DNA of 64,000 bases from Prochlorococcus sp. AG-402-M18 (lineage in GTDB: Bacteria; Cyanobacteriota; Cyanobacteriia; PCC-6307; Cyanobiaceae), in contig QCIQ01000005.1 of the NCBI GenBank assembly GCA_003216595.1, positions 7,366 through 71,365 of the forward strand. Reading direction: 5' to 3'. A program made the position numbers and the translations under genes. Each line of letters begins with the position of its first letter. Position 1 is the stretch's first letter. Shown here piece by piece: positions 16,385-26,190 of the stretch. Below the pieces are notes generated by a model. The model was not told the DNA's origin. It saw only the letters and a list, made by a program, of their open reading frames with translations, and made no database searches.

Positions 16385-17701
16385 CTAAAGGCAACCCATC
16401 GTTGCTGCAATTCTTTTAACTTGTGACAAGTTTTCTATATCTAAAAGAGCCTCTTCAAGTTGACCTTGATTAATCTTATGAGTAATAACTACTATCTCTG
16501 CTTCTTCATTGGTCGCATCAAATTGCACAATTGATTCAATTGATATTTTTTTCTTCCCAAAAATAGTCCCGATTTCTCCAATTACTCCAGGACTATCTTC
16601 GGCAATAAGCCGTATGTAATTCTTTTTAGTTATTTGTTTTTTTTCTGCTACGTGACAACTTCTCCAACCTTTTGCTGATAAAAGTGGATCTAAGTTAAGG
16701 ATTTTTTGTTCACTCATAGACTGAATACCTGCAATGTTAAGTATGTCTGCAACAACAGCTGATGCAGTTGGCCCAGACCCTGCACCTGGTCCGAAAAACA
16801 TTACTTGGCCAATAGGATTCCCCTCCACAAGGATTGCATTGTTAACTCCATTTACCCCTGCTAATGGATTATCTTTAGGTACTAATGTTGGCTCAACCCA
16901 AATAGATAGTGGTTGACTGTTTTCGCTTTTTGTTTGAGTTTCGCCCTTTTCTGATATTGCTAAAAGTTTGATTCCATATCCTAATTTTCTTGCATAATTA
17001 ACATCTATACCTTCAAGAAGATTTATTCCAGTTGTGGGTATGTCAGCTCGATTAATTGCTCCACCAAATGCAAGACCACTTAAAATTGCAATTTTGTCAG
17101 CTGCATCGGATCCCTCAACATCAGCTGCTGGATCACTTTCTGCATATCCAAGCGCTTGGGCATCTTTTAAAACATCAGCATAATCAACTCCTTCTTTATC
17201 CATTCTGGAGAGAATGTAATTAGTTGTTCCATTTATTATTCCGCTTACTTTAGTTATCTGATTTCCTCCTAAAGATTGCTTAAGAGGTTCAATTATTGGT
17301 ATCCCTCCTCCTACTGCCGCCTCTATTAGCACATAAACCCCAGCGGCTTTTGCTTCATTTGAAATCTCTTCACCATGTCTTGCAATTACTGCTTTGTTGG
17401 CAGTTACAACAGATTTACCTGCTCTTATGGCTTGGATAATTAATGATCTTGCTGGCTCTATACCACCCATTACTTCAACAACTATTTGAATATTGGGATT
17501 ATTTACTATTTCAATTGGGTCTGTTGTAATTATTGACTCTGGGATGGATATATCTCTTTGCTTTTGCAGATTCCTTACTGCAACACCCGCAAGCTCAAGT
17601 TCTCCAACCAATGGATGTCTGCCATTTGGGCTACTAATGATATTTACTACACCCTGACCAACAGTCCCTAGGCCAAGTAAACCGATACCAACTTTTTTCA
17701 T
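16385..17701 (-). CDS. hom: Homoserine dehydrogenase
   Basis: 438 aa with an N-terminal NAD-binding fold GLLGLGTVGQGV, a catalytic core, and a C-terminal ACT-like domain. Confidence 0.93.
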   Translation of the reverse strand: MKKVGIGLLGLGTVGQGVVNIISSPNGRHPLVGELELAGVAVRNLQKQRDISIPESIITTDPIEIVNNPNIQIVVEVMGGIEPARSLIIQAIRAGKSVVTANKAVIARHGEEISNEAKAAGVYVLIEAAVGGGIPIIEPLKQSLGGNQITKVSGIINGTTNYILSRMDKEGVDYADVLKDAQALGYAESDPAADVEGSDAADKIAILSGLAFGGAINRADIPTTGINLLEGIDVNYARKLGYGIKLLAISEKGETQTKSENSQPLSIWVEPTLVPKDNPLAGVNGVNNAILVEGNPIGQVMFFGPGAGSGPTASAVVADILNIAGIQSMSEQKILNLDPLLSAKGWRSCHVAEKKQITKKNYIRLIAEDSPGVIGEIGTIFGKKKISIESIVQFDATNEEAEIVVITHKINQGQLEEALLDIENLSQVKRIAATMGCL

Positions 17702-17736
17702 GTTTTTATAAGGCGATGAGTGTTTTTTGCTCCTAT

Positions 17737-18201
17737 TTATGCTTTCTCAGAACTAGGTAATGAGAGATTTTTTGCTTGAGCTTTCATTTTTAGGAATATG
17801 TTTAGAAAGCCATTTGCTCTTGATGGAGTCAAGCTTTTACTTAGTCCTGTCATCTCTATAAATTTTTCATTTATTGAGAGTACTTCAAAAGGTGTTAGAT
17901 CATTCAAGCCTTTTATTAGAAAAGCTAGCAATCCTTTTGTTATGAGAGCGTCCGAATATCCTTTCCATTGGATTTTTCCATTCACGAGAATTCCAAGAAC
18001 ATATACTTCTGAAATACACCCTTTAACTTTAGTGGTTTCTAGATGAAGATCTTTAGTTAGCAATGGCAAACTTTTTGCTAACCATAAAATGTATTCATAA
18101 CGCCTTTTAGGATCTGAAGTTGATTGTAGACGCTCTATAAGATTATCTAATGAATCACTCCCGTAAGTATTAATGAAAGGTTTTTCTGTGATTTCAGTCA
18201 C
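17737..18201 (-). CDS. sufE: SufE-like cysteine desulfuration (sulfur acceptor) protein
   Basis: 154 aa with the conserved KVKGCISEVYV cysteine motif. Confidence 0.85.
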   Translation of the reverse strand: MTEITEKPFINTYGSDSLDNLIERLQSTSDPKRRYEYILWLAKSLPLLTKDLHLETTKVKGCISEVYVLGILVNGKIQWKGYSDALITKGLLAFLIKGLNDLTPFEVLSINEKFIEMTGLSKSLTPSRANGFLNIFLKMKAQAKNLSLPSSEKA

Positions 18202-18255
18202 CTCTTTAGATCAAGCAATCAATTTATCTTAAAGCCTAACTAATTATTTAGTTGC

Positions 18256-18840
18256 TTAAATTTGATGTAGACCTTTTTCGCTAATCCAACCATTAAATGG
18301 CACGTCCCATTTGTCTCTAGGCAATGGTTTTTCAGATATGCAATTATTACTGATGACTACAAATGACGGTATTGAAAACCACAAATCTCTTTGTCGGAGA
18401 CGATCAAAGTAACCTCCTCCGTATCCTAATCTGTATCCTTCTTGATCGATTGCTATTGCGGGAACAAATAGGATGGAAATATTTTTTGGGTTGATCACAT
18501 TTTTTCCTATTGGAGCAGGAATATGGTTTGAATCTATCTCTAGCTGGTTGTTTGACCAATTATGATAGCTTAAACCCTTAGTTTTAGAACTCGAAGGTAA
18601 AGCAACTTTTAGATTATCAATGTCTTTAATAAATCTTATATCCACTTCACCTTTTAATGGCCAGTAAATACCTATAGTTTTTCCTTTAACATGGTATTTA
18701 TCTAAAAGTATATTTAATGCTGATTTAACATTCAACTTAATTTTTTCGTGTATTAAATATGAATTTGAATTACGTATTAAATTATATTCCTTCCTTTTAA
18801 TTTCTTTTTTAGATTTAATACCGTCATGAATATTTTTCAT
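18256..18840 (-). CDS. 5-formyltetrahydrofolate cyclo-ligase
   Basis: 194 aa with the GYGGGYFDR motif. Confidence 0.8.
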   Translation of the reverse strand: MKNIHDGIKSKKEIKRKEYNLIRNSNSYLIHEKIKLNVKSALNILLDKYHVKGKTIGIYWPLKGEVDIRFIKDIDNLKVALPSSSKTKGLSYHNWSNNQLEIDSNHIPAPIGKNVINPKNISILFVPAIAIDQEGYRLGYGGGYFDRLRQRDLWFSIPSFVVISNNCISEKPLPRDKWDVPFNGWISEKGLHQI

Positions 18841-18868
18841 ATAAAAGTAAAGTTTAATTATGGATTAA

Positions 18869-19333
18869 TTATTTAAGATAGATTCCGGTGAGTGCAATTG
18901 CTAGTGCATCAGCAGCATCGTCTGGCTTTGGTGGTGAAGTGATATTGAGCTCATGCATGACAGATTGTAATACCTCATTTTTATCTGAATGACCATAACC
19001 AGTAACAGCAAGTTTGATTTGCATTGGTGGAAATTCTTGAATGGGAAGGTTGTGTTTCCCTAAAGTCATAATTATCACTCCGCGGGCCTGAACAACACTA
19101 ATTGTTGTGCTAGAGCGGTAGAAAAAAAACTTTTCTACTGCTGCAGTATTTGGATTCCACTTGTTTATTATTGAACTTAAATCATCTGATATTTCTACTA
19201 GTCTCGTTTCTTCTTTTTTTGTTGATTTCGTTTCTATAATTCCGCAATCAAGCATTATTTTCTTCCCTTCTATTTCATCAATAATTCCATAACCTACACG
19301 TGCCAAACCTGGGTCTATTCCTATTATTCTCAC
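18869..19333 (-). CDS. ruvC: Crossover junction endodeoxyribonuclease RuvC
   Basis: 154 aa starting (GTG) [16 protein letters not shown]. The GTG start directly abuts the chlI stop codon. Confidence 0.92.
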   Translation of the reverse strand: MRIIGIDPGLARVGYGIIDEIEGKKIMLDCGIIETKSTKKEETRLVEISDDLSSIINKWNPNTAAVEKFFFYRSSTTISVVQARGVIIMTLGKHNLPIQEFPPMQIKLAVTGYGHSDKNEVLQSVMHELNITSPPKPDDAADALAIALTGIYLK

Positions 19334-20422
19334 TTAGTTTGTTGATGCTAGTTCAAATTCAGATACATCATTACTTTCATTTCTTTCAAATACTTTGCAA
19401 AAAGCTTTTATTACTCTATCTCCAGAATCAACTTGCTCGAGAGGGTCTTTTCTAAGTCTATGTCTTAAAGCTGTCGAAACGACACGAGCAATATCTTCTT
19501 CAGTTACTTCTTTCCTTCCTTCAAAGGCGGCAAGGGCTCTAGCAGCTCTATTCGTAACAATATCTCCTCTAAGTCCATCAACATCAAGTTCACCACAAAC
19601 TGCTGAAATCCTTAGTCTGAGATCTTCATCGATAGAAACCTCGTTAAGTAAATTTTGTGCATCAACCACTTTTTGTTGAAGCGAGTCTTGATTACGCTGA
19701 ACCGAATCGCTAAAAGATTCAGGATCATTGTCAAAAGCTGTGCGTTGATCAACAACTTGAACGCGAAGTTTTGCCTCTCTTACGGTTCTTACTTCTACGC
19801 TCATTCCAAAACGGTCAAGTAACTGTGGTCTTAATTCTCCTTCCTCAGGGTTGCCAGAACCAATAAGTACAAATCTTGCAGGATGTCGAACTGAAATACC
19901 TTCACGTTCAACTGTATTCCAGCCTGAAGCAGCAGAGTCTAGAAGCACGTCTACAAGGTGATCATCTAGCAAGTTGACTTCGTCAACATAAAGTAACCCT
20001 CTGTTCGCTTTTGCTAGCAGCCCTGGTTCAAAAGCCCGTACACCTTCACTAAGAGCCTTTTCAATATCAATAGTTCCACAAAGTCTATCTTCAGTAGCAC
20101 CTAATGGCAGATCAACCATCGGAACTTGTTTCTCGCCTTTTTGAATATCATGACCACTGTCTATTCTCTCCCTGACATCATTGCTTTGAAGGTCTGGATC
20201 ATCAAGAGAGCTGTTATAGGGATCCCCTTCAACGACCTCAATAGCAGGTAATAGATCTGCGAGTGCTCTTATCGTAGTGGATTTCCCAGTGCCTCTATCA
20301 CCCATTATCATTACGCCTCCTATCCTAGGGTCAATAACATTTAAAAGAAGCGCTAGCTTCATTTCCTCTTGTCCAATCACAGAAGTGAATGGAAAAACTC
20401 TGCGTTTTCTTGTTGAACTCAC
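19334..20422 (-). CDS. chlI: Magnesium chelatase ATPase subunit I
   Basis: 362 aa with Walker A GDRGTGKST and an AAA+ core (LLYVDEVNLLDDHLVD). Confidence 0.95.
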   Translation of the reverse strand: MSSTRKRRVFPFTSVIGQEEMKLALLLNVIDPRIGGVMIMGDRGTGKSTTIRALADLLPAIEVVEGDPYNSSLDDPDLQSNDVRERIDSGHDIQKGEKQVPMVDLPLGATEDRLCGTIDIEKALSEGVRAFEPGLLAKANRGLLYVDEVNLLDDHLVDVLLDSAASGWNTVEREGISVRHPARFVLIGSGNPEEGELRPQLLDRFGMSVEVRTVREAKLRVQVVDQRTAFDNDPESFSDSVQRNQDSLQQKVVDAQNLLNEVSIDEDLRLRISAVCGELDVDGLRGDIVTNRAARALAAFEGRKEVTEEDIARVVSTALRHRLRKDPLEQVDSGDRVIKAFCKVFERNESNDVSEFELASTN

Positions 20423-20531
20423 TTTCTTAGTACTGGTATCAAGATTGTTTCATAAGCAGGCTACTTTAGATTGATAAAGTTTAAAAAAAAATGAAAATGA
20501 AAAGCAAAAGTTTATCTAAGTCAGTAAAAAT

Positions 20532-21605
20532 TTAATTTGGATTTCTTGATTTTTGATCTGGCACTAGGAAAGGAACTAATTCTGCAGATAAATTTCTTAT
20601 CAATTCAGGTGATCTTGGATCGTTAAATGGTCCTTTGACTATAAAACTAGCAAATGCCCTTGAGTTATTAGGGGTTTGAATTTGAGCAGTATCTGAATAT
20701 GAGATTCCAATATCACCAGTTTTGTTGTGAACTAAGTACCCTCTTAATGATAGATGATAGTCAGTGCTTTTAGATTCTTTACCAAGACCTCTTAAAATTC
20801 CTGAGGGTATTAGAGAATTTGTTTTTGATTTGAGCATTATGTCTCTGAAAATATCTCTAGAACTAACATTAAGTAGATATCCATTGTCGACAAGAGCCAT
20901 TGCTAAAGAAAGATCTTTAGTTGATGTAAGATTTGTTCCATCTAGATCAGGAAGATAATTATTTATTTTTGTATTTTTTAATCCAATTTCTTCAAATTTC
21001 TTATTAATAATATTGATTCCTCCTAGTCGTTTTATTAGTAAATTAGTTGCTGTATTATCACTAACTCTAATCATTTCAGTGGCCACTTCATAAACAGGAA
21101 AACCTATACCAATCTCTTGGTATCCCATCCATCCTGAACCGCTGCCGATTGTATCTTCTGAAAGTATCAACTTTTCATTCCATAATATTTCTTCTTTCTC
21201 TAGCATTGTAAGTAAAATAATTAGAATAGGTACCTTAATACTGCTAGCAGCAGAATACTTTATGTTAGATTTTATTTCTGCATAGACTTGATTATCTAAT
21301 GATATAAAAAAAGCGCTAACATCTAAATCTGGGTTTTTAATTATATGGGCCTTCCAATTTTTAATTAATTTTTCTAGTCTCTCAAATTCTTCATATTTAT
21401 CATTGTAAAATGATGAAACTTTGGATTTTCTAGTTAGTAATTTCTTTTTTAATGATCTACCTGAGTGCCCAACTATTTTCATCTTTTTATTTATTTCATA
21501 GCTTTGATTTGTTGGACCAACAAACCTTAGCAAACTACCAAGAAAAACTGATATACCTATGCTGGTTAAAAATAAATTCGTTATTACTTTGAGTTGATTT
21601 TTCAC
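20532..21605 (-). CDS. Class A beta-lactamase-like serine hydrolase with an N-terminal membrane anchor
   Basis: 357 aa with the motifs S-x-x-K (SSIKVP), SDN (RVSDNTATN) and KTG (HNKTGD). Confidence 0.7.
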   Translation of the reverse strand: MKNQLKVITNLFLTSIGISVFLGSLLRFVGPTNQSYEINKKMKIVGHSGRSLKKKLLTRKSKVSSFYNDKYEEFERLEKLIKNWKAHIIKNPDLDVSAFFISLDNQVYAEIKSNIKYSAASSIKVPILIILLTMLEKEEILWNEKLILSEDTIGSGSGWMGYQEIGIGFPVYEVATEMIRVSDNTATNLLIKRLGGINIINKKFEEIGLKNTKINNYLPDLDGTNLTSTKDLSLAMALVDNGYLLNVSSRDIFRDIMLKSKTNSLIPSGILRGLGKESKSTDYHLSLRGYLVHNKTGDIGISYSDTAQIQTPNNSRAFASFIVKGPFNDPRSPELIRNLSAELVPFLVPDQKSRNPN

Positions 21606-21656
21606 TTTAAAATTAAAGGATAAAACCTTTGCTATTATTGTAGCTTGTTATTTTAA

Positions 21657-22394
21657 TTAATCATTTTTATTCCTAATTTTCCATCTTGCTTGGCTAATTA
21701 TTCCTCTAATCAGTGCAACTTCATCATCTTTTATCTCACCTCTTAAAAGCAATTGTTTGATTTTTGTCATTTTAGCTTTATATGTATGTTTCATCAAGAA
21801 ACCAATATCAAGTAAAAGACTACCTGCATCATTAATACAATCTTCTAATTTTATTAAATTCGCAGGATAGCTTGTTTTTGTATGGGGCCTTAAAAGATCA
21901 AAATCATTAAATTGATTGAATTGATGAAGAATAATTGCTACAGCATGTGAAAGATTTAACGATGGATATTTCTCATTTGTATTAAGACTAATCACTTTAT
22001 TTGCTTTTAGAAGCTCTTCGTTTGATAAACCTCGATCTTCTCTTCCGAAGACTAAAGCTATAGTCTCTTCTCTGTTTGATTTAAGGGCCCAGCTTAAGGC
22101 ATCTTTATCTGAACTAAGTGGAATTTCTCCGTGCTCTTTCCTTCCACAAGTAGCAATAATTCTTGAGCAGTCTGAAATTGCTGAATTTAGATCCTTATAT
22201 ACTTTTGCTTTTTCTAATATCTTTACTCCTCTGACAGCCATCTTTCTCGCTTCTTTGTCTAAATAATCGCATTTAGGAGAAACTAGTCGTAATTCATTCA
22301 CACTAAAGTTTTCGCAAAGTCTTGCAATACTCCCAACATTGATGGGCCCTGCTGGTTCAACAAGTACTATGTTTAGAGTTTTTTTTATAGTCAC
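21657..22394 (-). CDS. SpoU/TrmH-family RNA 2'-O-methyltransferase
   Basis: 245 aa with SPOUT-fold motifs (VLVEPAGPINVGSIARL, ALVFGREDRGLSNEEL, LNLSHAVAI). The GTG start overlaps the upstream stop by 1 nt. Confidence 0.85.
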   Translation of the reverse strand: MTIKKTLNIVLVEPAGPINVGSIARLCENFSVNELRLVSPKCDYLDKEARKMAVRGVKILEKAKVYKDLNSAISDCSRIIATCGRKEHGEIPLSSDKDALSWALKSNREETIALVFGREDRGLSNEELLKANKVISLNTNEKYPSLNLSHAVAIILHQFNQFNDFDLLRPHTKTSYPANLIKLEDCINDAGSLLLDIGFLMKHTYKAKMTKIKQLLLRGEIKDDEVALIRGIISQARWKIRNKND

Positions 22395-22786
22395 TATTGA
22401 TTTAGTGAGTGCATATATGCCAATAAATCTGCCATGGATTGAGGTTCAATTTCAAAACTTGGCATTGGTGGAGTCAATCCACGAATAACTTGATTAATAA
22501 TCTTTTTATCACTCATTTCTTGGGTAGCTTCGTGGAGGTCGGGCCCTACAAACCCTTGTGCTGAAATCCCATGGCAACCGACGCAATTTATTTTGAACAA
22601 TTTGCTTCCAGATAAAGCTTCACCTTTAATGGATAAGGTTTCAGTTATGAAAGGATCTTGCTTTAAGTCTCCTATTCTCCAAAAAAGGATAAGTAAGACG
22701 ACTGTTGCAGTGGATAATAAGAATATTCGCCATGAGCTAATCTTTTGGTCCTTATTAATTAATGCTTTTGATGACGGAGTATTCAC
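22394..22786 (-). CDS. Membrane-anchored c-type cytochrome (CytM-like)
   Basis: Haem-binding motif CVGCHG and a distal Met (PPMPSF), preceded by a TM helix. I trimmed the start to the in-frame GTG at 22786 because the track ORF (to 22888) runs antisense into petG. The start is uncertain. Confidence 0.7.
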   Translation of the reverse strand: MNTPSSKALINKDQKISSWRIFLLSTATVVLLILFWRIGDLKQDPFITETLSIKGEALSGSKLFKINCVGCHGISAQGFVGPDLHEATQEMSDKKIINQVIRGLTPPMPSFEIEPQSMADLLAYMHSLNQ

Positions 22787-22841
22787 TAAAACCTCTTTGA
22801 CATGAAAGAATTGATAATGGTAATCATAGAAATGCGAGCCA

Positions 22842-22961
22842 ATGATTGAGCCTCTGCTATGTGGGATTGTTCTTGGACTTGTTCCCATAACATTATTAGG
22901 GCTTTTTGTTAGTGCTTGGAATCAGTATCGTCGAAGCAGTTCAATGCCTGATTGGGAATAA
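22842..22961 (+). CDS. petG: Cytochrome b6-f complex subunit 5 (PetG), 39 aa
   Basis: My own translation gives [39 protein letters not shown], which matches the conserved PetG N-terminus MIEPLL.GIVLGL.P.TL.GLFV. It is absent from the ORF track because it is under 60 aa. Confidence 0.9.
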
Positions 22962-23544
22962 GAAAAAGAAGAGAGGTGTTCCCATAAAATTTCTTTTTAT
23001 TTAATTCCCAACCATTATGTATTCTTGGCATTGATTTTGACGAGCATTCGCATATCAAAGTAGATGATTCTTTAATCCATTGTTTAGATAATAAAAGTTC
23101 TTGAGAAAGTTCATATAAGCCAGAATCGTATGGTGGGTCAAGAAAAACAAAATCGAATTTTTGTTCAGGATTTGGGCAATTTTTAATAAACTCAATCTTT
23201 TTGTTTTTTGGACCCTTTTTGAGAAATAAGGTCAATTCATTGCATATGACTTGGATATGTAATGATTGATTGATTGTACTAGATACATCGAAAAGGTTTT
23301 TTCTGCAAGTTTTTGCTGATTGCCTTTGTTTCTCAATTGCAAGAACTCTTTTCACTCCGTTTTGAAGAGCCTCACAGGCCATCGCTCCACTTCCACTGCA
23401 AAGATCTAGCCAGCTTGCCCCTTTGAGTTTGTTCCCAAGGATGTTTATTAATGCCTCTCTTACTTTTGAGGAGGTTGGTCTTGTCTTTTGGTCTAAAGTA
23501 CTTTCTATCCTTTTCCCAGACAATAGTTTCATTTTACCTTTCAA
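22909..23544 (-). CDS. rsmD: 16S rRNA (guanine-N2)-methyltransferase RsmD-like
   Basis: 211 aa with [16 protein letters not shown] near the N-terminus, the SAM motif [10 protein letters not shown], and the DPPY motif (FLDPPYD). The last 53 nt overlap the 3' end of petG on the opposite strand. Confidence 0.85.
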
Positions 23545-23545
23545 A

Positions 23546-24175
23546 CTAAAATTTATTTTTTTTCAACCAAGTAATCCAATTAAAAATTAGTTTTTGTCCT
23601 GCAACTCCTGATTTTTCCGGATGAAACTGACAAGCTCCAGTATTTTTATGCCAAACAATAGATGAGACATCAGTTTTACCATATTTAGTTGTAGCTACAG
23701 TGTTTTTTTGTTCTAAAGGACATGCTGAGTATGAATGGACGAAATACATCCAATTTGAATCAGGATGATTTTCTAAAATAGGACATTCGTTTTTTTTATA
23801 AATCGGAGACCAACCAATGTGCGGAATTCTTTCATTTTTTTCTAAAGGTAATCTGCGAATATGACCTTTTATGACTCCTAAACCTTTAGAAGAGCCCTCA
23901 TCACTACTTTCGAATAAAAGCTGTAATCCTAAACAAATTCCAAAAAGTGGTTTACCATCATTTATCCAGTCAATTATTGAAGGTACTAATTCAGTTTTTC
24001 TTAAATTCGTCATTGCAGGGTCAAAAGCACCTACTCCAGGAAGAATTAATGCATCACAAGACTGTAGTGTTTTGAAATCACAAATAATATCTAAAGGTTG
24101 ATTAAGCCTTTTAAATGCTTGTTGAACGGAAAAAAGATTACCCATTCCATAATCTATTAATCCAATTTTTGCCAA
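23546..24175 (-). CDS. hisH: Imidazole glycerol phosphate synthase, glutamine amidotransferase subunit
   Basis: 209 aa with IGLIDYGMGNL, the nucleophile region GICLGLQLL, and HSY/FHPEKS. Confidence 0.93.
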   Translation of the reverse strand: MAKIGLIDYGMGNLFSVQQAFKRLNQPLDIICDFKTLQSCDALILPGVGAFDPAMTNLRKTELVPSIIDWINDGKPLFGICLGLQLLFESSDEGSSKGLGVIKGHIRRLPLEKNERIPHIGWSPIYKKNECPILENHPDSNWMYFVHSYSACPLEQKNTVATTKYGKTDVSSIVWHKNTGACQFHPEKSGVAGQKLIFNWITWLKKNKF

Positions 24176-24234
24176 AAGATTTACCTTTTATTCATTTAAA
24201 TTAGGCCTAAAAATCTAAATTCTATAATTAGAGA

Positions 24235-24558
24235 TTAAAGATGTTTGGAAATTGTTCCAGATAGAGTGGCTTTAGGAACTGCTCCGACAACAGTATCTAC
24301 TTTTTGTCCTCCCTTAAAAATCATTAAAGTTGGGATGCTTCTGATCCCGTACTGACTAGCAACATTAGGATTTTCATCAGTGTTTAATTTGAAAACTTTT
24401 ATTTTGCCTTCGAAATCTTTTGAGATCTCTTCAACAATTGGAGCAACCATTCTGCATGGTCCACACCAAGGAGCCCAAAAATCAACCAAAACAGGTACAT
24501 CGCTCTGGAGGACTTCTTGTTCGAAAGAGGAATCAGTTACTGCAGAAGCTGTGGACAT
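24235..24558 (-). CDS. trxA: Thioredoxin
   Basis: 107 aa with the WCGPC active site. Confidence 0.95.
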   Translation of the reverse strand: MSTASAVTDSSFEQEVLQSDVPVLVDFWAPWCGPCRMVAPIVEEISKDFEGKIKVFKLNTDENPNVASQYGIRSIPTLMIFKGGQKVDTVVGAVPKATLSGTISKHL

Positions 24559-24665
24559 ACCTTTGAAGTCTTAAGAACTAGATCATAACAATTGTATTTT
24601 GCCAATAAAAAGTTTTGCTGCCATTTTTAAACTAAGTTTGAATATTGATTTGTGTTTTTTTAATA

Positions 24666-24729
24666 AGAAAAACCCGAACAAGTCGGGCATTATTGTGTGT
24701 GAGGAGTGTGAGAGTAAAGGCTCTCACTA
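24666..24729 (-). ncRNA. yfr1: Yfr1 small regulatory RNA
   Basis: The minus strand reads GUGAGAG-CCUUUA-CUCUCAC (stem-loop 1), then the exact Yfr1 signature ACUCCUCACAC (24697-24707), then the terminator hairpin CCCGA-CUUGU-UCGGG followed by UUUUU. A TAGGAT -10-like box sits at 24734-24739. The guaB-like/trxA neighbourhood matches published Yfr1 synteny as I recall it. Confidence 0.8.
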
Positions 24730-24774
24730 CTCAATCCTAGCCGTTCTATTTGATTCTGAAATCTTTCGGTAGCT

Positions 24775-25938
24775 TTATTTCCCCATTCCAAGTTGTTGTG
24801 CTTTTTGGTAAACCTTTCCTTCTGTTAACAAAGAAGGTGCAATAACTACTTCAACTTTTTGCATTTCTTTGAGGTCCGTAGCTCCTAGTGTCCCCATAGA
24901 GGTTTTTATCGCCCCTAATAAATTATGGGTTCCATCATCGAGTATTGCAGGGCCACAAAGAATACTTTTTAAACTTCCTGTCGTGCCAACTTTAATCCTT
25001 GTACCTCTTGGGAGGACAGGACTTGGAGTTGCCATGCCCCAATGAAAACCTTTCCCAGGAGCTTCTTTAGATCTTGCAATTGGAGAACCAATCATAACTG
25101 AGTCGGCACCACAAGCTATGCATTTGCAAATATCGCCACCAGTGATAATTCCACCATCAGCAATAATTGGAACATATTTTCCGCTTTCTTTATGAAAATC
25201 ATTTCTTGCAGCAGCGCAATCAGAGATAGCAGTGGCTTGAGGAATGCCAACCCCTAAAACGCCTCTTGAGGTGCATGCTGCTCCAGGACCGATGCCTACC
25301 ATTACTGCTGCTGCTCCTGCTCTCATAAGCTTTAGAGAGACTTCATAGGTAACGCAATTACCAACTGCAACGGGTATGCCAATGTTTTCGCAAAGATCAT
25401 AAAGGTCAAGATTTTGACTGCCTGCTTTACCCAGATGTTCCGTTGAAACTACTGTTGCCTGAAGAAAAAATAAGTCTGCACCTGAGTCTTTGACTAATTC
25501 TTTATATTTAATTGCTGCTAATGGGGTCCCACTTACAGCAGCAATGCCTCCACCTTTTTTTATTTCTTGAATTCTTTTTAAAATTAACTCTTCTTTTATC
25601 GGTTGCTTATAAATTTCTTGCATTAGAGGAACAAATTCCTCTTTCCCAATCGATTGGATTTTGTTTAGGACTTCTCCAGGCTCTTCATATCTAGTTTGGA
25701 CTCCTTCTAGATTTAAAACACCTAGAGCTCCTAATTGTGATAGGGCTACTGCCATGTTTACATCTACGACGCCATCCATCGCACTTGCGATTATTGGGAC
25801 ATCTCTTTTAATTCCGCCGATTTCCCAGTTTGTTTTTGTAATTTCAGGGTCAACTGTTCTTCCTCCTGGAACCAATGCAATTTCATCAATCCCGTAGGCT
25901 CTTCGAACAGTTTTGGTGCGTCCTAGTTGAATATTCAC
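24775..25938 (-). CDS. IMP dehydrogenase family protein lacking the CBS subdomain (GuaB-like)
   Basis: 387 aa TIM-barrel protein with the active-site loop [11 protein letters not shown]. No CBS pair is visible between the N-terminal and catalytic segments. Confidence 0.85.
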   Translation of the reverse strand: MNIQLGRTKTVRRAYGIDEIALVPGGRTVDPEITKTNWEIGGIKRDVPIIASAMDGVVDVNMAVALSQLGALGVLNLEGVQTRYEEPGEVLNKIQSIGKEEFVPLMQEIYKQPIKEELILKRIQEIKKGGGIAAVSGTPLAAIKYKELVKDSGADLFFLQATVVSTEHLGKAGSQNLDLYDLCENIGIPVAVGNCVTYEVSLKLMRAGAAAVMVGIGPGAACTSRGVLGVGIPQATAISDCAAARNDFHKESGKYVPIIADGGIITGGDICKCIACGADSVMIGSPIARSKEAPGKGFHWGMATPSPVLPRGTRIKVGTTGSLKSILCGPAILDDGTHNLLGAIKTSMGTLGATDLKEMQKVEVVIAPSLLTEGKVYQKAQQLGMGK

Positions 25939-26190
25939 ACCTAAATTTTGTAAGTTCTCGTCAAACTACCAACTGAAGTGCCAAATTGAGCAAATGTTGG
26001 GAATAGATAATCAAGATTTTGTTTTTTTTACTTATTTATTTGATGATTTAGGAATTATTCAAGAAAATTTATACCAAGTTTTTGTAATTGTTGATTTTCT
26101 TAGAGGTGATTTACTTTCGGATTTATGGTTATTCACTTTAAAAGGTTTATTAATGCTCAGATGTTCTTATAATTGGTAAAACCTTTATAT

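Noticed and set aside
22787-22888. N-terminal 34 codons of the track ORF for the c-type cytochrome
   Set aside because: This part is antisense to the well-supported petG start and encodes an atypical His/Tyr-rich peptide. I prefer a GTG start at 22786, which gives a TM anchor followed by the haem domain, though this is unproven.
26173-26190. TTG start extending gyrA by 6 codons
   Set aside because: The TTG overlaps a TATAAT -10-like box (26168-26173), and the ATG at 26191 gives a conventional N-terminus (MADPLGP...).
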